Under the pieces are notes generated by a model. That model saw only the letters and a list, made by a program, of their open reading frames with translations. It ran no database searches and had not been told where the DNA came from. From Malacoraja senta (Eukaryota): a stretch of 64,000 bases of DNA. This document shows, piece by piece, positions 1-11,699 of this stretch. The stretch is taken from positions 124,001 through 188,000 of the forward strand of contig JAXLNO010001765.1 in NCBI GenBank assembly GCA_038087875.1, read 5' to 3'. A program made the position numbers and the translations under genes. How positions within the stretch are numbered: the first letter of the stretch is position 1; each line of letters begins with the position of its first letter.

Positions 1-162
1 AGGATGGTGTGGGGTCCTTGATGATGCTGGCAGCCTTTTTGAGGCAGCGACTGCGACAGATGCCCTCGATGGTGGGGATGTCAGAGCCGATGATGGACTG
101 GGCAGTGTTTACTACTTTTTGCAGCCTCTTCAGCTCCTTGAAGCTCAGGTTGCCGTACCAAG
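1..162 (-). mobile_element. Rex1/Babar-type LINE, RT C-terminal fragment
   Basis: Minus strand translates WYGNLSFKELKRLQKVVNTAQSIIGSDIPTIEGICRSRCLKKAASIIKDP, matching the post-RT region typical of Rex1/Babar elements. Confidence 0.7.
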
Positions 163-189
163 CCAACAATGAAGAAATCCACATTGTAA

Positions 190-526
190 ACCTGAGATTG
201 TGGATGGTATTGTAATGTGACCTTACCAACCGGTTGCAACTCCCCCCCATAAATGGATGTAACTTGGAGTTTGTTTTCATGACAGTTTCGTTGTTGTGAA
301 TCCTTTGGAAGTCTGATAAAGACAGGACATTACATCTTTGCAGCAACTTTGGTATTGTTGACACTGAGCATTGTCATGGAATCACTGTTTGTGGATGATG
401 AGTCGGGTACACAGGAATGTATGATTTGCCGGTCTTCCTGCAGGTGCTCAGGTCGTGGTTCTGCTGGAACTGCTGTTTCAGTCAGTGCCTCATGGCAAAT
501 TGTGAGCTGGAGCGCATAGAGAGATT
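190..526 (-). mobile_element. Degenerate Gypsy gag-protease linker and protease (distal half of the element split by the P-like insertion)
   Basis: Minus frames give QSLYALQ...TMLSVNNTKVAAKM, then CNVLSLSDFQRI...FMGG and QPVGKVTL. These are collinear with SLHNL...TVNGMTFSAKVDTGA-FTNIMSLSLFQQI...YGG...PVGKATL of the intact Gypsy at 60034+; the DTGA catalytic motif is deleted. Confidence 0.75.
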
Positions 527-940
527 GTTGTGACCAAAGATTATAGAGGAGCAAGATAGACCACTCCTCCGAAATCCAATGGGCTGACGTGTCGTACGTA
601 ACGTCACGGCCGCCATTTGTTTAAGCCAAACGCGACTTCCGGTATGCCTCCTGCTGTGCACTCGCTCTATCATCCTTGGTGTAATAAGTGTTGTAGGGAA
701 CAGTGTTTGATATAGCGCATCTATCACCTCACATATTTTAATTAATTTTATTGTAAATGTTTTCCCCCTGTTCCCCCATTTCCCTCCCATCTTTTCTCCC
801 CAGCCGCCACCTTTGCTTAGTTTCCCTTACATTGTATTGTGCAGCTTCCCTTGTATTGTTTTAACACACACTGTGCACAAAATTAACTTTAACTTATATA
901 TATATTTATATGAATGTGTGTTTCTGTGTGTAAGAGGCAA

Positions 941-1140
941 GTTAAGGGCCTGTCCCCACCAGCATGCGATTGCATGCGTGTAGCGCGACCAAATGTGGTC
1001 GCTTGAAAAATCTTGCACTGTCCGAACATCCCGCGCGACAACGGCCTGTCGGCCTGCAGGCACATTGAGGGCGTACGCAGCGTCTTGATATCGTACGCGG
1101 CATCTTGACGGCGTATGCCTAACGCGTGGCGTTGTGTGAG
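941..1140. mobile_element. Partial Harbinger-like MITE nested in the P-like element
   Basis: Begins TTAAGGGCCTGTCCCCAC, similar to the AAGGGCCTGTCCCAC termini at 13786 and 31912; no right end seen. Confidence 0.45.
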
Positions 1141-1240
1141 AGTTGTTTTTTAAATGTGCTATATAAATAAAAGTGACTTGACTTGACTTGACATATTTCT
1201 CTAGTTTTTCTTCAGATTTCCTCTAATTTCTTCAGCAACC

Positions 1241-1520
1241 NNNNNNNNNNNNNNNNNNNNNNNNNNNNNNNNNNNNNNNNNNNNNNNNNNNNNNNNNNNN
1301 NNNNNNNNNNNNNNNNNNNNNNNNNNNNNNNNNNNNNNNNNNNNNNNNNNNNNNNNNNNNNNNNNNNNNNNNNNNNNNNNNNNNNNNNNNNNNNNNNNNN
1401 NNNNNNNNNNNNNNNNNNNNNNNNNNNNNNNNNNNNNNNNNNNNNNNNNNNNNNNNNNNNNNNNNNNNNNNNNNNNNNNNNNNNNNNNNNNNNNNNNNNN
1501 NNNNNNNNNNNNNNNNNNNA
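1241..1520. other. Assembly gap (280 N)
   Basis: Run of N. Confidence 1.
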
Positions 1521-2029
1521 TAATACATCCATGAACACAATGTCAAAATATGTTTCCATTCTTTCATTCTATATTAGCGTAACACAATGTAGTGCATACA
1601 TACCTACATATTTAAATTCAGTCGATAAGTTGGTCAAATAATATGGGGATCTTCTTGCTTTTTTTTGAGACATGGATTTTTTAAATATGAATGTCTCATA
1701 ACGACACATTTGTGGGTCAGCCCTATATTGCACTAACCACAATTTCAAATAACTCTAAATTGAACTATAAACAATGAAAACACTCTTTATTTCCGTCATT
1801 TACGGTAATATTTACATAATTCACATCATTTTGTGCACGACTTATACAGGGGGTTGCAGTGTTTTGAAAGTGATGTAAAATTCAACATATTTCAGACAAT
1901 GATAGCCCCACCCCTTGCTTACCCCAAAGAACAAAATTTCCAACTTATATACAATAATAAATAAATCGTCATTTGCACAATTTTGTGTGGGTAACGGGAG
2001 GTTCTCATTCTTCCTCTTGAGTTGGGAAA

Positions 2030-3213
2030 ACAGACGTTTCGGCGTGTTCGGGATATCAAATAGCATTGGAACTGCATTGCAATTTAGCCTGTCATTGGTC
2101 TGCCTGTTGGAAAACTAGTCAAGTTCAGTGTTCAGAACAAAAACGGCAGGTGGTTGACAAGTACACCAGAGTTTGGTGGTGGAGATCTTGTCGACGAGTA
2201 TTCTGGACCCGCTGTCGACATCTGAAATTACAGAAAATCTCATATTGGATTAACTAAGAAGGAAAAAATGTAGTTATAACTACATATCTGCAGAACGGAT
2301 GATATATCATTTAAGTGCAATTGTTCAGTTGTGGGGAGAGACCTGTATATTGAAGATGCATTTTGCCACTAATGTAGTAGAGATTATTTAAAACTTCTAA
2401 TGTAGACTATTTAAAGTATTTTCTTTCTATCCTCTTTTGGACCTAAGACACTAGCAGGACTACCAACTCTCAGGCAGAGACAGACAGAGAGAGAGGGGAG
2501 GAAGAGAGAGAAAGGCAGATGGGGCAAAGACCGAGATAGAGAGAGACAGGGAGAGGAGAGAGAGAGAGAAGGGGCAGAGAGAGACGGGGAGAGAGGGAGA
2601 GAGAGATGGAGGGGGCAGAGAGAGAAGGGGAGAGAGAGGAACGATGGAACGTTATAACGCACAGCCGTCCCATTTTGACCGCCGCCGAACCCCGCACCGC
2701 ACCATTGCACCCTTCTTCACGGCGGCCCAGCGATGTCTCGGCTCTGACAATTCGAGGGATCTAATCGGTAACTACACTAAGAGCAGCCCTGGGTCGCTGC
2801 GCTCCCCGACTCGAATCTGAGGTTAAAATCTTGTGATGGGCCTGATGTGTCTCTCTCCCCATCTCTCTCTGCCCCTTCTCTCTCTCTCTCCCTCTCTCCC
2901 TACGGACCATATTTTGGAGACTCCTGCCGTACAGAAACAAAAGAAAAATGTACAGAAGAACAAAAATTGCTGACTTTATTATTGTGGTGAGTTTAGATCT
3001 ATTAAAAAAAATCTAGTATCTTTCTAATGTACCAACAACCCTAGTTTTCCAATGAGTGTCAATAGGGGAACAAAAAATAACATTTTCAGGACAAAATGAT
3101 GTCGACAGAAAACAATAATATTTCCTCACCTTTCTTTGTTGTTGGGGAACCTGAAGAAAGACAGGTTGAGTTGTCAACATCGGTGATTAGAGCAATTTAG
3201 ATGTGGACGCCAT
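2030..3213 (-). pseudogene. Degenerate two-exon THAP zinc-finger gene (N-terminus of a transposase)
   Basis: Exon 1 (3213-3130): ATG, then frameshifted LNCSNHRC*QLNLSFFRFPNNKER, ending AG|GTGAGG. Exon 2 from 2221 after TTTCTGTAATTTCAG: CRQRVQNTRRQDLHHQTLVYLSTTCRFCSEH, frameshift, ELD*FSNRQTNDRLNCNAVPMLFDIPNTP. Shows the THAP FP..W(mutated), CSxH(F) and AVP motifs. Confidence 0.8.
2468..2640. repeat. GA-rich low-complexity/microsatellite tract
   Basis: (GA)n-like purine tract; a partial inverted CT-rich copy lies at about 2850-2900. Confidence 0.9.
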
Positions 3214-3330
3214 GACAGTATGCGGGCAGCCCTATAAAATGCCCTATAAAATGGCGTCGACAATCACACACGTCATACAACGCGTTTTTCGCTGAGTGGC
3301 GCATCTTGCTCTATAATCTTTGGTTGTGAC

Positions 3331-3853
3331 TGGGCCCTGTTGCCACGAGCGTGGCAGCACCGGATAAAGTGGCCTTTCTTTTTACAGTAGTGGCAAGTTT
3401 TGTCATAAGTGGGGCATTGCTCACAGAATTTCGGGTGTGAGCCACAGCAGTTACGACAGTTATGGAGCAGTCCCTGGGTGGGCAGCGTCTATGAAAATTC
3501 CGAATTCCACTTCGAAGATGTGCCTACGTTCGGCAAATTCGCTGTCGAACATTAAAGGATCTGGTTTACGAAAAGACTCTGCCATAATAAGCGAGCGATG
3601 GTTCTTGTAAAAAAACAACTAAAATTGTTACATGGCTCAATCCCACTTCTGACACCATGTTTATGATTAATCCACACTAATACATATGGTAAAAGATCAG
3701 TCTTTATTCCATAAGTATACAGGAACATTTAAACTGCCAGCCATTCTCATTCAGCTCAGCGTGGCTTGTGTGAGAGAGCGAGCGAGAGCAAGCTGACCTT
3801 GCTAATGTAAAGCTGTGTAGTACCGTAATACCATGTAAACGGTGGCATGGACA
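3331..3853 (-). mobile_element. Old Gypsy element: 5' LTR, tRNA-Leu PBS and internally deleted gag
   Basis: LTR 3853-3658 reads TGT...ACA with an AATAAA. PBS TGGTGTCAGAAGTGGGAT (3657-3640) is complementary to the vertebrate tRNA-Leu(CAA) 3' end. Gag start MAESFRKPDPLMFD and zinc-knuckle CPTYDKTCHYCKKKGHFIRCC. Confidence 0.85.
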
Positions 3854-3899
3854 TATGTGTAGTGGAGATTATAAATCTACAAACCCTCACTTTTCATTA

Positions 3900-4380
3900 T
3901 CTCCATCATCGATTTGGCAACCGCCAACTTTGGCTAGTTCCAGGTGTGCTTTTCGTTACCTTATCTCTTCTTCTTGTCGCCTCATCTCTTCTCTCAGCTG
4001 TTCTTCTTGTCGCTCAATCTCATGTTTCTTCTCCAAGGTATTTGATTCTATTGAGAGTGCAGCTAGATCAACTTCAACTTCCATTCGAGCAGAGGCCCTT
4101 GATGCTTTACTGGCTATAGAACCAGATTTATGTCCTGATCTTTGTGTAGATACATTTGAAATATTATCTTGTGGTGTAATCACCTCTTCCATTCCAGCAC
4201 CTTGTTGCGTGGCTCCTGTTTCCTGTTTTCCAGGCTGGCAAGCGAACAAGCTTCTTGGCTTCTTTCCAAACTTTAGCAGAACTAAATTTCTCCAGACTCT
4301 TCAGATGCTGTTTGAAGTAAACATTCCAGCTTCTGAATTCAACATAGTAGAATAGTTGTTCTACACAAGATTCTGGGCAG
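3900..4380 (-). mobile_element. BEL/Pao-like gag N-terminal fragment
   Basis: ORF 3956-4249 has SGSIASKASRASARMEVEVDLAALSIESNTLEKKHEIERQEEQL, a Ser-rich plus coiled-coil pattern typical of the fish BEL/Pao gag start. Confidence 0.55.
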
Positions 4381-5204
4381 TGGGCAGGTGCTATAGACCT
4401 GCACGGGAAGGTAGACGCTCCCGTCCCCACGAGTCTCAGGCAGATGGGGCTCGTCAGCCTGGGAAGGCAGTCCATCTAGGAGAGGGAAAACTCTGATTTA
4501 AAACCTCCACTGCCTTGTGGCTATATCCAGTCATGGAAAAGGCTCCAGGAGTAAACCTGGCTGGCCGAGATCTATTTTCTACAGTTCCTCTTCCAAGGAA
4601 CCAGTCTTCAGTTCCTCTTCTGGTACTAATTTTCGGGCGTAATCTCTCTCCAGAGATCCAGGCCAATCTTCTATCCCTCTTCTACCACCTCCTGACTGTA
4701 AGGTAGCTTTCGACTCGATATAATGGCAGATTATTATATTGTTCAAGGAATTGCTCCGTCGAGCCACTAGGAGAAGACATGGGGTGAGGAGATAGCGTCG
4801 TTTTACGAATGGGAACTCTCCACGAGACATTCAAAGCCGTAGAAAGATAAATCATCAAAACAAACTCTCTTGATTAATAGTTTCTTTATTGTCAAAGTAA
4901 AACAGTCAGATATTCATCTAAACCTCTTCTTGATAAGTACATTTTAATCTTCGTCAAACTCCAGCATGTGGCTCCGAAACATTAGAAAACGTCTTTGGTG
5001 TTGGAAAGTTTTGACCATTGGTCGAAAGCTATACTGTCCCACCATGCTTTCTCCGAACTAAATAAAAACTTACAAGTTTCTTCCAAGAATCCCAGCAGCA
5101 AACACGCCTCCGACTACATAATATTTCCCACCCACATAATTACAGGCAGACAACATTTAAAGGCAAATTCCATAATTTATGACACAAAAAATTAAGCCAA
5201 ACGG

Positions 5205-5401
5205 CCACTACACTCACTCTCTCACTCACACTCTCACTCACTCATCTACTCACACTCACTCACTCACACTCTCACTCACTCTCACTCACTCACACTCACT
5301 CACATTCACTAACACTCACTCACACTCACTCTCTCACTGTCACACTCACTCACTGTCACACTCTCTCTCTCTCACTCTCTCTTTATCTGTCTCTCTCTCT
5401 T

Positions 5402-5435
<34 letters not shown>
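5205..5435. repeat. (CACT)n/(CT)n microsatellite
   Basis: Direct inspection. Confidence 0.95.
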
Positions 5436-6461
5436 GGTAACCATGATCTCCAGTGAGCAAGTGTTCGAAGAAGCTCACAAACATAGATCTGGAGTTCCTA
5501 CTCTTTTTTCCCCCTCTCTTCCTTCATCCGGTCCACCTACTGCTGAAACACCAGTAACTAATATGTTCATCAGACACGGACTGCCCCGAACCACCACCTA
5601 CATGAAAGTTTCAAAATCTCGGCGCTTTCTCTCAGCATTCAGTGCACTAATGTAAAAAGAAAATGTATCTACGGTATTGGACACAGATGTTAAACACAAA
5701 TTGCCTGCGGTATCAGTGAAACCTTCTGTATATATACTTTTGTAAATAGTTTTGAATATTCCCTGTTTTTAATGACTTTTTAAGAAAATAGCTATTATTA
5801 TTGAATTTCAGTGCATCAATTTGTTTTTTGAAATAAAGTTTTGAGATATTTAACGAACTAGGCTTTGGCAGCTGTTATTTTTCTGCTCTGACCTTAACCG
5901 CTGCTCTCTGCATGTTGTTTATTTGTTGTTCTGAGTTTGATTCCATGGTATGGATTAGGTATTGGGAGTAGAGCCATCTCTTACACATCACAGATCCAAG
6001 CACAAGTCTGATTTCCCAATAAGCTGTTCACGCACTATTTATGGTAACTCCCTTCAATAACATTATCGAGATAGACACAAAGTGCTGGAGTTACTCAATG
6101 GGCCGGGCAACATATCTGGAGAAAAACGATGGGTAATTTTATTGTTTTGTTTAGAGATACAGCATGGAAACCGGCACCTTCAGCCCACCGAGTCCATGCC
6201 GATCAGCGATCCCCGCACACTAACGCTATCCTACACACACTTACTTACTTAGACTTAGTTCCTCCCACACTGTTGAGTGCATTGGGCAGCAAGCTTTGGC
6301 CATTCTGTTCGGTTATGTGCGACGTCTTCCACCCTCGATAGGTTAGCGTCCCGGGCTTCCAAATCCTACCAGAATGTTCACCTCATGTGAGTTTTGGTCG
6401 GCGTCATTTCCTTCTTCCGTCAGCTTGCCATGTCATTACTATCATTACTCACGTCGCAGCG

Positions 6462-7270
6462 GCCTCTGCAGTCCGTCTGTCTTTTTTTTTTTTCTTTTTC
6501 GTTTGAGTTTTGTTTATAGTGTTTTTTTAACTGGGTATGTGTGGGGGGGCGGGGGGTGGGGAAACTTTTAAAATCTTTTCCCTGCACGGGAGACCCGACC
6601 TTTCTCTGTCGGGTCTCCATTGTCGTTGGGGCCTAGCACCGTGGAGCGGCCTCCAACCGGAACGATCTGGGGCTCCAGTCGCGGAGCCTGCGGACTACTC
6701 ACCATCGTGGAGCTGGCCGAGTTCGGAACGGGAGGAGCTGTGGTGGCGCGCTGCTGCTAGCCGACCCCGGAGAATTGGAGGCTTCAGCCGCAGGTCTGGT
6801 GGACGGTAACATCGGGAGCTCGCGGGTCCATGGTGGGAGACCGCTTTTCGGGGGTCCCGCAACGGCAGCTACTCCCGCCCGAGTTGCGGGGTTGAGGATG
6901 ACCTGGAGCGGGGTCTGACATCGCCCGGCGCGGCATTGGTGGCCGTGGGACTTGCTGGCGCTACCGGGGGCTACAACATCAAGACCCGGAGCGTGGCCTT
7001 GCATCGCCCGGCGCGGCTTTAATGGCCGCGGGACATATCTACCATCGCCCGCCGGGGGCTTTGACTTTGACATCGGGAGGAGAATGTGGAGTGCAGGGGA
7101 GAGATAAGACTTTGCCTTCCATCACAGTGAGGAGGAGATTCACTGTGATGGATGTTTGTGTAAATTGTGTTGTGTCTTGGTTCTTTTTACTTGTTTGTAT
7201 GACTGCAGAAACCAAATTTCGTTTGAACTTAGGTTCAAATGACAACAAATAAATTGTATTGTATTGTATT
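6462..7270 (+). mobile_element. Non-autonomous GC-rich repeat with LINE-type 3' tail
   Basis: Ends CAAATGACAACAAATAAA followed by (TTGTA)n, a LINE-like 3' end; no coding capacity recognised. Confidence 0.5.
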
Positions 7271-7625
7271 CTTTCTTAGGTGCACGTTCTGCTGACATTC
7301 TGAGTACATGTCCTGCAAATTTCATCCTGCGTCCCTCCATGTCCTGGATGAGAGGCTTTGTTGCAGTTTCCCGGTAGATCTCCTCGTTTGTGATGTGGTC
7401 TCTGTAGCTAGTCTTCAGGATCCTCGTCAAGCAGCGTTGTTGGGATGCATCCAATTTCTTTTTCATCTTCACATTGATTTTCCATGTATCAGTGGCACAG
7501 AGGGCTGTTGGGAAGACTACGGACTGGAAGAGTTTGACTTTTAGTATCTTGGATATCCCACCACTAGACCATATTGGCTGCATTTGTCTGAAGATTGATG
7601 CAGCTTTACCAATTCCGGGTAATTT
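7271..7625 (-). mobile_element. RTE-clade LINE, RT C-terminal fragment
   Basis: GKAASIFRQMQPIW...KVKLFQSVVFPTALCATDTW...QQRCLTRILKTSYRDHITNEEI...KFAGHVLRM in ORF 7140-7706. Confidence 0.8.
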
Positions 7626-8369
7626 ATAATTTTTACCAAAGCAAATTAAAACCCTAGCGTCTTTGGCATGTTGGGGGAAACCGGAATACCTGGAGAAATC
7701 CCACAAAGGTCACGGGGAGAACGTAAAACTCCATACAGACAGCACTCATAGTGTGGATCGAACCTGGGTCTCTGGCGCTGTAAGGCAGCAGCTCTAACGT
7801 GGGCGACGTTTCGGTTCGGGACTCTCCTTCAGACTGAAAATAGAGGGGAGGGAATTGGAGGTAAGAATAGAATAGAAACATAGAAAATAGGTGCAGGAGT
7901 AGGCCATTCGACCCTTTGAGCCAGCACCGCCATTTAATATGATCATGGCTGATCATCCAGAATCAGTACCCTGTTCCTGATTTGTCCCCATATCCCTTGA
8001 TTCCATTAGCCCTAAGAGCTAAATCTAACTCTCTTAAACACACGGACCAATATAGAACAAATCAGGGCCAGCAACAGATGACCAAGGAAGGTTGGAGCCC
8101 ATAATGGCCCATTGTTGGCTGGGGAAGAGGTTTTAACGAAGGGATACAATTAACATTATTACCGACCCAAAACATTCCCTATCCATGTTCTCCAGAGATA
8201 CTGTCCCACTCAGATATTTTGTGTAGACCAGCATCTGCAATGGAGCAGTCTGAAGGGTCTCGACCCGAAACATCACCCATTCCTTCTATCCAGAGATGCT
8301 GTCTGACCTACTGCTGATGCTGATGTCCAGCATCAGCAGTTCTTTGTTTTCATATTCTCCCTTCTACCC

Positions 8370-8600
8370 ATTCCTCCCCCACTCCCAATTCCTGCGTCTA
8401 CACCGCATCTGCACCCAGGATGAGGTGTTCCAGACCAGGGCATCGGAGAAGTCCTCATTCTTTAGGGAACGGGGGTTCCCCTCTTCGATTATAGATGAGG
8501 CTCTCACCAGGGTCTCCTCTATATCCCGCAGCTCTGCTCTCACTCCCATCCCCTACTCGTAACAAGGACAGAGTCCCACTTGTCCTCACCTTCCACCCTA
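8370..8600 (+). mobile_element. Penelope RT fragment
   Basis: SQFLRLHRICTQDEVFQTRASE, homologous to the 17150 copy. Confidence 0.85.
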
Positions 8601-9165
8601 CCAGCCGTCGCATCTGCTTTCACCTCCTTTCCCCATTTTGTACCAACCATATAACCATATAACCATAACAGCACGGAAACAGGCCATCTCGGCCCTTCAA
8701 GTCCGTGCCGAACATTTGATACAGTAACATTTAACCGACGTAGGAAGGAACTACAGATGCTAGTTTACACTGAAGATAGACACAAACAACAGCGGGTTAG
8801 ACAACATCTCTGGAGAAAAAGAATATGTGACATTTTGGTTCCAGACTCTTCTTCGGACTCAAGTCTGTTGCCATCTGTAAAACATCTGTCATGTTTCAAT
8901 GGTAGACTTCCAAAATATATTGGACATTTGGGCACAATTTCAGAAAGTGTGGTGCGTAGGTCCCGAAATGAAAGCGAGGAGCCAGGTATTTCGGGAGGCA
9001 CCTCTATTTATGTCCTTCCAGATGGTAGGGAAGTCCACGAGAGAAAGATGGCACCCAAACCCTTGCCTTTAAACGTCTGGTTAAGGGCCGCCTCTGGACT
9101 GAACCATTCCCGTGCCGAGGGGTTTGACAGTTAGGATGGTCCGACCCTTGGGAGCCGCCACAAAA

Positions 9166-9462
9166 GTTTAGATTAGAGATACAGTGTAGAAACAGGCCCT
9201 TCAGCCCACTGAGTCCGTGCCGACCAGTGATTACCCGCAGACTAATACTATCCCACACACTAGGGACAATTTACTATTTTATCAAAGCCAATTAAGCTAC
9301 AAACTTGTACATCTTTGGACAGTGGGATGAAACCAGAGCCCCCAGAGAAAACCCACTCAGTCACGGGCCGTACGTACAAACTCCGTACCAACAGGACCCA
9401 TAGTCAGAATCGAACCTGGGTCTCTAGCGCTGTGAGGTAGCAACTGTACCGCTGTGCCGCCC
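9166..9462 (-). mobile_element. tRNA-derived V-SINE (HE1-like), full length
   Basis: tRNA-like head GGCGGCACAGCGGTACAG...GGTTCGATTC, central GTTTGTACG core, CR1-like tail GGGCCTGTTTCTACACTGTATCTCTAATCTAAAC. Confidence 0.8.
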
Positions 9463-10289
9463 CTGAATGTATCCAACTGTAAATCCTTGGTGTTGCACCT
9501 GTTACATAGTTCTCTTGAATGAGCTTTCCAATTACACAAAGTGGCATTCTCTGTTACAGGATTCTCAGTCGGATTTGCATTAGAGTGCAAGGATTTCTGG
9601 CTGTCCATTGCTATGAATCCAGCTGTTTTCCTTGCTGGTTCTGGTTAGACAGATGTTTCCCATAAATAGTCTAATGATCCAAATGAATTGGAGAAGTGAG
9701 ATTCACAACAAGTCCAGAAATCAGTTTAGCATTTTGATTAATATGTTATTTTAAACATGATTAGTCGTGGAATGTGCAACTTCTCATGTATGGTCTGTAA
9801 ACTCTTCCTATATTGTGATCTAATTATGCTTCTAAACTGCTAGCCAAACAGTGTTTAATCCTGATGAACACTGAAATGATCAAAAGTGGCTGTGCAAAAC
9901 GTCGCAAAAGTCATGCTACATACCTTTTAGTTTTGCTTTTAGAGATACAGCGTGGAAATGGGCCCTTCGGCCCACCGAGTCCACGCCGACCAGCGATCAC
10001 CTGTACACTAGTACTATCCTACACACTAGGGCCAATTTACAGAAGCCAATAATCTGCACATCTTTGGATGCCCATTCTAATGACATTGCCTGCCCATTCC
10101 TTCCACAGATGCTGCCTAACCTGCTGAGTTACTCCAGCACTTTGTGTTTTGCTCCAGATTCCAACATCAACATTCCCTGTGTTCCCATTTTATTTTCACT
10201 TGGTTCTCAGAATAAAAATTTTAAACTTTGGAGATTACTCCACCTTATTTTCTCTTACATCTTCAAGCTTTGCAAAACCAAATAATTAG

Positions 10290-10520
10290 TTTAGTTGAGT
10301 GATACAGCGTGGAAACAGGTCCTTGGGCCCACCGAGTCCGCACCAACCAATGATCATCCTACACACTACGGACAATGTACAGAAGCCAATTAACCTACAA
10401 ACCTCCATGTCTTTGGGATGTGGGAGGAAACCGGAGCACCCGGAGAAAACCCACGCGGTCACGGGGAGAACATACAAACTCCGTAGAGACAGCACCCGTA
10501 GTCAGGATCGAACCAGGGTC
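10290..10520 (-). mobile_element. V-SINE (HE1-like), 5' truncated
   Basis: Same core and tail as the 9166 copy. Confidence 0.75.
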
Positions 10521-10552
10521 TGTTGCACCAAAGGTTCTTAATGATAGTCACA

Positions 10553-10840
10553 AAGTGTTGGAGTAACTCAGCGGGACAGGCAGCATCTCTGGAGAACATG
10601 GATAGGTGACGTTTCACAGAGTGCTGGAGTAACTCAGCGGGTCAGGCAGTATCTCTGGAGAACATGGATAGGTGACGTTTCACAGAGTGCTGGAGTAACT
10701 AAGCGGGTCAGGCAGCATCTCTGGAGAACATGGATAGGTGACGTTTCACAGAGTGCTCGAGTAACTCAGTGGGACAGGTAGCATCTCTGGAGAACATGGA
10801 TAGGTGACGTTTCGGATCAGGACCCTTCTTCGGACTGATT
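10553..10840 (-). repeat. Tandem array of four ~66-bp Penelope pLTR-derived units
   Basis: Unit GTGCTGGAGTAACTCAGCGGGTCAGGCAGCATCTCTGGAGAACATGGATAGGTGACGTTTCACAGA repeated four times; the last unit continues into a hammerhead-like stem. Confidence 0.9.
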
Positions 10841-11699
10841 GTGGGTGGGAGGGGGTGGATTGGAAGCAAGAAAGGACCAGGACAAATCAGGACCGGCAAC
10901 AGATTACCTCAGGCAAGGACAGTACAGAAACATAGAAAATAGGTGCAGGAGTAGGCCATATGGCCCTTTGAACCACCACCGCCATTCAATATGATCATGG
11001 CTGATCATCCAGAATCAGTACCCCGTTCCTGCTTTCTCCCCATATCCCTTCATTCTGTTAGCTCTTAGAGCTATATCTAACTGAAAGGCTGATTATCTGC
11101 TAGGGATGATGTGCATCTGAGGAATATATTGTGAACTGTGGAACTAGTTAACTGACTTTTAGTGCAAGAAGGGGGAGGGTGGAAGGGGGGGGGGGAGGAG
11201 AGGAGGAAGGGGAGCTTATGTAGAAGTTACCTTAACTCAGATAATCCAAAATTTACATCACTGGGTAGTGAGTTGTTCCTCCATGTTGTGTACAGCCTCA
11301 ATCTGGCAAAGGAGGAGGCCCGGGACACATTTCTTAAAGGCACACACATGCCATAGGTAGAACAATGGAAGATAGAATATATTCCTCACCCGTGTGAGAT
11401 GAAGTACTTGGTGAGGGCTATTCAGGGTGGGACATGCGTAGGAAATGGTGGATTCCTAAGGAGTATTGAGGAATGGAGACTTTGGAGTACGAGGATCCTT
11501 GAAATTGGCAACATTTAAGGTGGTAAAGAAGGCATACAGGATATTTACCTTCAATATCTGTTATCTCCACTACTGATTTTCCAGCATCCTTGGTTCCAGA
11601 GCCTTTCTGGATTATCTGTTTTGCCGGACCAACAGTGAAGAGGTTTTTGGGTGTGGGCTATCCAGTCAGTGGAAAGGCTATACATGAATCCTAGAATAC

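Larger units (their letters stand above)
535..3322 (-). mobile_element. Non-autonomous P-superfamily-like DNA transposon with TIRs, 8-bp TSD and THAP remnant
   Basis: Termini CAAAGATTATAGAG (535-548) and CTCTATAATCTTTG (3309-3322) are a perfect 14-bp inverted pair extending imperfectly to about 30 bp. Flanks GTTGTGAC at 527-534 and 3323-3330. Internal THAP exons. Removing the element restores the Gypsy frame. Contains an N gap. Confidence 0.8.

Noticed and set aside
330-554. ORF resembling a host terminal exon; other frames give a somatomedin-B-like CQQYQSCCKD and a CARD-like stretch
   Set aside because: The region is explained as Gypsy gag-protease sequence that joins in frame with 3331+ once the P-like insertion is removed.
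535-678. Stand-alone 144-bp MITE (internal CTCTATCATCCTTG resembles a right TIR)
   Set aside because: No TSD at 679+, whereas the far end at 3322 has the exact TSD; treated as a subterminal repeat.
528-3329. Alternative reading with a 6-bp repeat (TTGTGA) and CCAAAG ends, suggesting a Crypton-like element
   Set aside because: The duplication extends to 8 bp (GTTGTGAC), and the 12185 remnant independently shows CAAAG ends with an 8-bp TSD.
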